NCBI GenBank assembly: GCA_963823555.1
Contig: CAWGMA010000002.1
Coordinates: 160,001 to 224,000, forward strand
DNA length: 64,000 nucleotides
Direction of reading: 5' to 3'
Source of the DNA: Candidatus Eiseniibacteriota bacterium
GTDB taxonomy: Bacteria > Eisenbacteria > RBG-16-71-46 > CAVPCR01
The notes under the pieces are model-generated. The model was not told the DNA's origin. It worked only from the letters and a program-made list of their open reading frames with translations, and ran no database searches. This document shows, piece after piece, positions 58,566-64,000 of the stretch. Numbering within the stretch: position 1 is the stretch's first letter; every line of letters starts with the position of its first letter. The position numbers and the translations under genes are program-made.

Positions 58566-59351
58566 TCAGCCCGCGCTGCCTCGCCGGCGCGCGGCGAGCA
58601 GGGTCTGGAACTCGGGCGATCGCCAGCGCTCGGCGAAGAGCTCCCGCTCGTAGCGCCGCGCTGCTTCGCGCCCGCCGCGACAGAAGGCGCGGGCGAGGCC
58701 GAGGAAGCCCGCCACCGAGCCCTGCGGGCGCACGGCGATGTCGGCGGCCAGCGCCAGCGCCTCATCGATGAGAGCGGCCTGCGGCACCACGCGGTGCACG
58801 AGGCCGATGCGGTGCGCCTCCTCTGCATCGATGGTCGGCGCGGTCAGGAGCAGCCACAGCGCAGCCGGCGCGCCCACCGCCTCGATGAGGCGCACGCCGC
58901 CACCCCAGCCCGGGGCCATGCCGAGATCGCGATGGCGCATGCTGAAGGTCGCCTTCTCGCCCGCGATCCGCAGATGACAGGCGAGGGCGACCTCGCAGCC
59001 GCCGCCCACTGCGGCCCCATTCACCGCGGCGATCACCACTCGCTCGCCGCCGGCCAGCCGCTCGAGAATCGCGCCCATGCGTGTGACCGGCGGTGTCGCG
59101 CGCTCGTCACTCGGGAGCGAGGCGAAGTAGTCGAGATCCCCGCCGGCGCAGAAGCTCTTGCCGGCGCCGGTCAAGACGATGGCGCGGCAGCCGGCATCCG
59201 CCTCGAGCGCCGCGACCTCGCGGTCCAGCTCCTCGATGAGCTGGAGATCGACGGCGTTCGACTTCAGGGGGCGGTTGAAATGGAGGAGCGCGACGGCGCC
59301 CTCGGGGTGGCGGCGTTCGACGCGCACTCGGGACGGTGGATGGTGCAGCAT
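58566..59351 (-). CDS. Crotonase-family protein (enoyl-CoA hydratase-like; resembles ethylmalonyl-CoA decarboxylase)
   Basis: NRP.K.NA, FCAGGDL, AVNG.AVGGG.E, LG..PGWGG, A.EA..IGLV; alternative start TTG 59387. Confidence 0.88.
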   Translation of the reverse strand: MLHHPPSRVRVERRHPEGAVALLHFNRPLKSNAVDLQLIEELDREVAALEADAGCRAIVLTGAGKSFCAGGDLDYFASLPSDERATPPVTRMGAILERLAGGERVVIAAVNGAAVGGGCEVALACHLRIAGEKATFSMRHRDLGMAPGWGGGVRLIEAVGAPAALWLLLTAPTIDAEEAHRIGLVHRVVPQAALIDEALALAADIAVRPQGSVAGFLGLARAFCRGGREAARRYERELFAERWRSPEFQTLLAARRRGSAG

Positions 59352-59436
59352 GGCGCGAGCGTGCCCCGCCAGCGTTGTCGGCGTCAAGGGGCCCGTGATA
59401 GATTCCGCCGAACCTGTTCACCGCGCTAGGAGAACC

Positions 59437-60786
59437 ATGCTCGCCCGTATCGCCGCCGCGCTCTCCGGGTGGTCGCTGCGCTGGATCCCGGATCCGCTCG
59501 TCATTGCCGTCGCGCTGAGCGCGATCACCTTCCTCTTGGCCCTCGCCACGACGGCGGCAACTCCGCTCTCGCTCGTTGCCGCCTGGGGGGATGGCTTCTT
59601 CGGATTGAACGAGTTCGCGATGCAGATGTGCCTCGTCATCGTGACCGGCTCGATCCTCGCCGCGTCGCGGCCGTTCGCCCGTCTCCTCGACGCGCTGGCC
59701 GGCCGCGCCCGTTCACCGCGCGGGGCGATCGCGCTCATGGCCGTGTTCTCGATGGGAACGGCACTCGTGCACTGGGGCGTGTCCCTGATCGGGAGTGCGG
59801 TCTTCGCCCGCCACCTGGCGCGACGCCGCGGCGATGTCGATTACCCGCTCCTCGTCGCCAGCGCCTACCTCGGCATGGGGGCGGTGTGGCATGCGGGACT
59901 CTCGGGTTCGGTGCCGCTCCTCGTCGCCACACCCGGGCACTTCCTGGCCGAGGCGACGGGCATCGTGCCGATCACGGAGACCATCCTCCGCCCGTTCAAC
60001 TTGATCCTGCTCGCTGGCGTCTTCCTGGTCATGACCGTGGTCGCCGTGGCCATGCATCCGGCGCCGCAGCGGACGCGACTGGCCCCGCCGACGGCGGTGG
60101 CGCTATCCGCCGACGAGCGTGGGGCGCAGGGATCTGGGGCCGCCCAGCCGCCCGCAGCGCGGACCCCCGCCGCCCGCCTCGAGGCGAGCCCGGCTCTCGC
60201 CGTCCTCCTCGGCTTGAGCGGATTCCTGTGGATCATCGTGACGATTCGCGCCCAGGGGCCGGCGGCGATCACGCTCAACTTCGTGAACTTGACCTTTCTC
60301 ACCCTGGGGGTGCTCCTCCATGGCCGGCTGTCGTCCTTCCTGCGGGCCGCCGCCGAGGCCGGTCGCCATGTGTGGGGAGTCATCATCCAGTTCCCGCTCT
60401 ATGCCGGTATCATGGGCATGATGCGTGGCTCGGGCCTCGCCGATGTCATCGCCGGCTGGTTCACCCGTGCCTCGACCCCGGACACCTATCCGTCGGTCGT
60501 CCTCTGGTACTCGGCGATTCTCAACTACTTCGTGCCGTCCGGCGGATCCAAGTGGGCGATCGAGGGGCCCTACGTGCTCGAGGCGGCCCAGCGTCTCGGG
60601 GTGGCCGCGAGCGACACCGTGCTCGCCTATGCCTGGGGCGAGATGGTGACCGACATCATCCAGCCGTTCTGGGCGATTCCGCTCCTCGCCGTGGCCGGGC
60701 TCTCCTTCCGCGACATCGCCGGCTATGGGATGGCGTTCTGCCTCGTCTACGCGCTCATCGTGGGGGGCGCCTTCGCGCTCATCTGA
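59437..60786 (+). CDS. Short-chain fatty acid transporter (AtoE/TIGR00366 family)
   Basis: PDP.VIA, WG.GF..L..FAMQM, VDYPLLVA.AY.G, GLSGS.PL, QFP.YAGIMG, FVPSGG..W..EGP, QPFWAIP.L. Confidence 0.92.
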   Translation: MLARIAAALSGWSLRWIPDPLVIAVALSAITFLLALATTAATPLSLVAAWGDGFFGLNEFAMQMCLVIVTGSILAASRPFARLLDALAGRARSPRGAIALMAVFSMGTALVHWGVSLIGSAVFARHLARRRGDVDYPLLVASAYLGMGAVWHAGLSGSVPLLVATPGHFLAEATGIVPITETILRPFNLILLAGVFLVMTVVAVAMHPAPQRTRLAPPTAVALSADERGAQGSGAAQPPAARTPAARLEASPALAVLLGLSGFLWIIVTIRAQGPAAITLNFVNLTFLTLGVLLHGRLSSFLRAAAEAGRHVWGVIIQFPLYAGIMGMMRGSGLADVIAGWFTRASTPDTYPSVVLWYSAILNYFVPSGGSKWAIEGPYVLEAAQRLGVAASDTVLAYAWGEMVTDIIQPFWAIPLLAVAGLSFRDIAGYGMAFCLVYALIVGGAFALI

Positions 60787-62215
60787 GCTTGCGCGCTGCG
60801 GCGGCGATGAGGTCGATCGCCAGGTCGACCGTGTCGAGGTGGGTGCGGTAGGCGAGGATGGCGAGGCGGAGCATGACCTTGCCATCGAGCGTCGTCGATG
60901 ACAGGAAGAGGCGGCCGTCATCGAGCACCGCGGCCAGGAGCCGGCGGTTCAGCTCGTCGGCATCGCCCCGCGCCGGCACCGCGCGGAAGGTCACGATCGA
61001 GAGATCGGGCGGCGGTCCCACCTCGAACCCGGGGAGCGCCCCCAATCGCTCGTGCGCGTGGCGCGCGAGTAGGAGCTTCTCCTCGAGGGCCGCGACGAAG
61101 GGTCGGGTGCCGAGGAGCTTGAGCGGCAACCAGATTCGCAGCCCGCGGAAGTGCTTCGACAGCTCGGGCGAGAGATCGGCGGGCGAGAGCTCATCTCCGG
61201 CCTTGACCGTATCCTGCATGTAGGCGGCGCCGGTCGCGTGCGCGGCGAGGAGCGCCTGCCGATTGCGAACGAGGACCGCGCCCGCGCCATAAGGCGTGAA
61301 CAAGCCCTTGTGCGGATCGAGCGTGATCGAGTGCGAGCTCTCCATGCCGTGGAGGATTCGCCGGCCCTCGTCGGTGAGTGCGAAGAACCCGCCGTAGGCG
61401 GCGTCGGCGTGGAACCAGAGGTCGTGGCGAGCGGAGATCTCGCCGATGGCCGCGAGCGGATCCACGGCGCCGGTATCGGTCGCTCCGGCCGCGGCCGCCA
61501 CCAGCCAGGGCCGAAGTCCCGCCTTGTGGTCCGAACCGATCGCTTGCTCCAGGCGCTCGGAGTCCATGCGGTAGCGATCATCGGTGGGAACCATGCGCCG
61601 AACGCATTCGCCGAGACCGGCCACCTTGAGCGCCCGGTCGATCGAGTGATGGGACTGCGCGGTCAGGTAGACGACCGCACGCTCGAAGTCGCGCGCTCTG
61701 AGCCCGGCTGCCTCGCGGGCGGTCGTGATGGCGATCAGGTTGGCGATGCTGCCGCCGGAGGTCAGGTTGCCGTGGGCGCTCTCCGGATAGCCCACGACAT
61801 CCGCCATCCAGCGGAGAAGCAGGTTCTCCATCCGCACCGCACCCGGGCTCCCGTAGAAGTGCCCGGCATAGCGATTGCTGATCGCGGCCAGAAAGTCCCC
61901 GAGCGCCGAGTGGTAGAGCGGACACCCCGGGATGAAGCCGAGGTGCGTGCCAGCAGCCGTGTTGCCGCCGAGCGAGTCGACATGCTTCTCGAGGAGAGAG
62001 AGCGCCTCATCGATGGCGATCGGCTCCGGGCCGATCGGATGCTCGTAGAGCCCGGCGCCGTTATCGCCGGTCACGCGATAGCCCGGCGCGTGCTCGAGCG
62101 AGCGGATGAACGACTCGGCGTGCTCGACGGTCGCGCGCGCGAGCATCGCCCGCTCCTCCGCATCCGGTTCCAGGCGGCGGGCGATCCGCTCCAGCTCCTT
62201 GATGCGCTCGATCAT
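60779..62215 (-). CDS. Group II PLP-dependent decarboxylase (aromatic amino acid/glutamate type)
   Basis: TSGGSIANL, HHSI..A, AG.TDTGAVDPL, HADAAYGGF, S.TLDPHK. Confidence 0.92.
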   Translation of the reverse strand: MIERIKELERIARRLEPDAEERAMLARATVEHAESFIRSLEHAPGYRVTGDNGAGLYEHPIGPEPIAIDEALSLLEKHVDSLGGNTAAGTHLGFIPGCPLYHSALGDFLAAISNRYAGHFYGSPGAVRMENLLLRWMADVVGYPESAHGNLTSGGSIANLIAITTAREAAGLRARDFERAVVYLTAQSHHSIDRALKVAGLGECVRRMVPTDDRYRMDSERLEQAIGSDHKAGLRPWLVAAAAGATDTGAVDPLAAIGEISARHDLWFHADAAYGGFFALTDEGRRILHGMESSHSITLDPHKGLFTPYGAGAVLVRNRQALLAAHATGAAYMQDTVKAGDELSPADLSPELSKHFRGLRIWLPLKLLGTRPFVAALEEKLLLARHAHERLGALPGFEVGPPPDLSIVTFRAVPARGDADELNRRLLAAVLDDGRLFLSSTTLDGKVMLRLAILAYRTHLDTVDLAIDLIAAAARKLR

Positions 62216-62234
62216 CACCTTCGGGGTCGCGCGG

Positions 62235-62744
62235 CTAGGCGAACAGGTTCTGGTCCGCGCTCGATCCGTAGGTCGCGGGCAAGGGCACATCGAGCTGGCG
62301 CAGGTACACGGTGAGCTGACCGCGGTGGTGATACCAGTGGTTGAGGAGCACCGCTCGCACCACCGTCACCCGCGGCAGGGCGAAGATCTCGCGCCCTTCT
62401 CGCATCAGCTTCCAGGTCGCCATGACTCGCGCGTCGTCGAGTTGGTCCAGGTTCGCCTTGGCGGCGGCCACCGCCTCGTCACTGGCTCGGACGAGATCGG
62501 CGGTTGTCGTCAAGCTCGGGGGCGAGGGGGGAGGACCGGCGCCCACGTCGAGCTTGTCATCGAGAAGCCAGCCCGAGATGCGGGCCGGGAGCAGGGCGAT
62601 GTGCTGTGCGAGCTGGCCGAGCGCCATCGATTTCGAGTGTGGCTTCCAGTCGAACTTGTCGGCGGGAACGCGTTCGAGCAGGCGCCGCGTGGCCGCTGCC
62701 TCCTGCTCCAGCTCGGCGATCATGGGATCGATGATACGAGGCAT
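62235..62744 (-). CDS. DinB family protein
   Basis: WKPH.KSM.LG.LA.HIA, NH.YHHRGQL.VYLR.LD...P..YG; AAGGAG RBS. Confidence 0.92.
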   Translation of the reverse strand: MPRIIDPMIAELEQEAAATRRLLERVPADKFDWKPHSKSMALGQLAQHIALLPARISGWLLDDKLDVGAGPPPSPPSLTTTADLVRASDEAVAAAKANLDQLDDARVMATWKLMREGREIFALPRVTVVRAVLLNHWYHHRGQLTVYLRQLDVPLPATYGSSADQNLFA

Positions 62745-62780
62745 GATGGTCTCCTTGATTTCGAACGGACTCAACCGATG

Positions 62781-64000
62781 CTACCAGCCGCCGCCGCCGC
62801 CGCCGCCCGAGCTGCCGCCGCCCCCCCCACCGCCGCCACCGCTGCTCGAGCTCGAGCTCGGCGTGGCGACCCCGGCGGCCAGCGCCCCGGTCGCCGCGAT
62901 CCAGGTTCCGCTGGCTCCGGCGCCGCCGAAGGCGCCGCCGCCCCCGGTCCAGCCGCTCGATCCCGAGCTCCCGGGCGAGCCCCCGCCCGCCATGCTCGTC
63001 ACCCCGGCGCTCTCGCCGCCGAAGGCGCGGAACCAGCGATCGGCGTTGCGCCCCAGGTCGAACGCGATCAGGTAGGGGAACCATGCATCCTCGAGCCGCG
63101 GGTGCTCCTTCCCGAGCTCCGTGGCGAAGTAGCGCTTGGCAGCGGCGAGACGCTTGCGAAGCGCGATGCCTTGCGGCGGATCGGGGGAGCGCGCGGCGCG
63201 GGCGACGATCGCCGTCATCGTCACTCCGAGAAGCGCGAGGGCGATCGCGCCCCAGGTGGAGAGCGTCTGCCGGGCCAGGATCAGGACGAGGATGATCGCG
63301 ATCCCGACGCCCAGCGGAACCAGGAAGCGCAGCGCGGCCATGGCCGGATGAGTCACGTTCCGCCGCCAGAAGTAGGCATGGAGCGCGGAGAAGAGAGTCA
63401 GGAAGACGCCGGCGCCGATCCCGATGGGGATCATCAGGAGGAGCTCCGAGCTCCGGCTCAGGCCGGCGAGGATCAGGGCACCGATCGTTGCGAGCGCAAG
63501 CAGAATGAGCGGGCGACGCGATGGGCGGCGCTCGGCGGTGGTGATGCCACGCAGCCGCTGGACCTCCTTGGTGAGAGGCTCGCGGATCAGGGCCGAGGGA
63601 TCGAACCCGGTCTTCCGGTAGTGCTCGCGAATGCGTTCGGTGCTCGTGTGATTGCCGGCGAAGAAGAGCTTATCGACGAGCGCGCGCTCGTAGCCCTGGA
63701 GCTGCTCGCGGTCGACGAGGAGCGTGAGCTCGAGGTTGTGGACGGGGAAGATCCAGGCCTTTCTCCGCACCGCGCGGCTCGAGATCTTCTTCTCCGCCAC
63801 CATGCGGGCGATGACCGCCGCCACCTCGGCGGATCCGATCGAGATGTCATAGGTGGCGCCGATCACCTCGGGCTTCATCGAGAGCAGGTGCTCGGCGATC
63901 CAGTCGGGATCCAGGCTCTCGGCCGCCGGCACCGGAGCGAAGCGGCCGAGAGCACGTTCCCGGCGAAAGAGCTGCAGCAGGAGTGCCCCGCCGAGGCCGA
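62781..64000 (-). CDS. DUF2207-like membrane protein with Gly/Ser-rich tail (5' truncated by window)
   Basis: Several TMs, PYLIAF.L...W, and C-terminus SSSSSSGGGGGGGGGSSGGGGGGGW. Confidence 0.8.
   Translation of the reverse strand, partial: GLGGALLLQLFRRERALGRFAPVPAAESLDPDWIAEHLLSMKPEVIGATYDISIGSAEVAAVIARMVAEKKISSRAVRRKAWIFPVHNLELTLLVDREQLQGYERALVDKLFFAGNHTSTERIREHYRKTGFDPSALIREPLTKEVQRLRGITTAERRPSRRPLILLALATIGALILAGLSRSSELLLMIPIGIGAGVFLTLFSALHAYFWRRNVTHPAMAALRFLVPLGVGIAIILVLILARQTLSTWGAIALALLGVTMTAIVARAARSPDPPQGIALRKRLAAAKRYFATELGKEHPRLEDAWFPYLIAFDLGRNADRWFRAFGGESAGVTSMAGGGSPGSSGSSGWTGGGGAFGGAGASGTWIAATGALAAGVATPSSSSSSGGGGGGGGGSSGGGGGGGW

Noticed and set aside
62785..62860. (CCG)n-rich tract
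   Set aside because: Encodes the normal Gly/Ser tail of the DUF2207-like protein.

Overview
High-GC (roughly two-thirds by eye) bacterial chromosomal window with about 41 genes. I see no rRNA, tRNA, CRISPR array, integrase or transposase. Housekeeping genes (gyrA, rex, metG, tatD, rsmA, secDF, hsp20, trmO-like) are interspersed with many exported proteins. Six of these end in a T9SS/FlgD-like 'PNP' C-terminal domain and two or three end in a short 'TWGxIK' tail; by inference this points to an FCB-related candidate lineage (Eisenbacteria/Krumholzibacteriota/Latescibacterota-like). Main observations: (1) a 15 kb cluster (43.4-58.5 kb) of four secreted proteins, three with cohesin-like and/or dockerin-like modules, including one protein of about 3,500 aa, suggesting a self-assembling extracellular complex; (2) two adjacent genes upstream of secDF, a YibQ-type deacetylase homolog and a PdxJ homolog, both intact but lacking their catalytic residues; (3) a 25-bp degenerate palindrome YAA-N4-TTR-N5-YAA-N4-TTR (double IHF-like site) in seven intergenic regions, three of which also hold sigma54-type promoters; (4) a fused NfnAB transhydrogenase followed by a Zn-ribbon/ferritin gene; (5) a TamAB-LprI/MliC operon. 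Four genes carry frameshifts that look like long-read sequencing errors. All family assignments come from reading motifs by eye, not from database searches.
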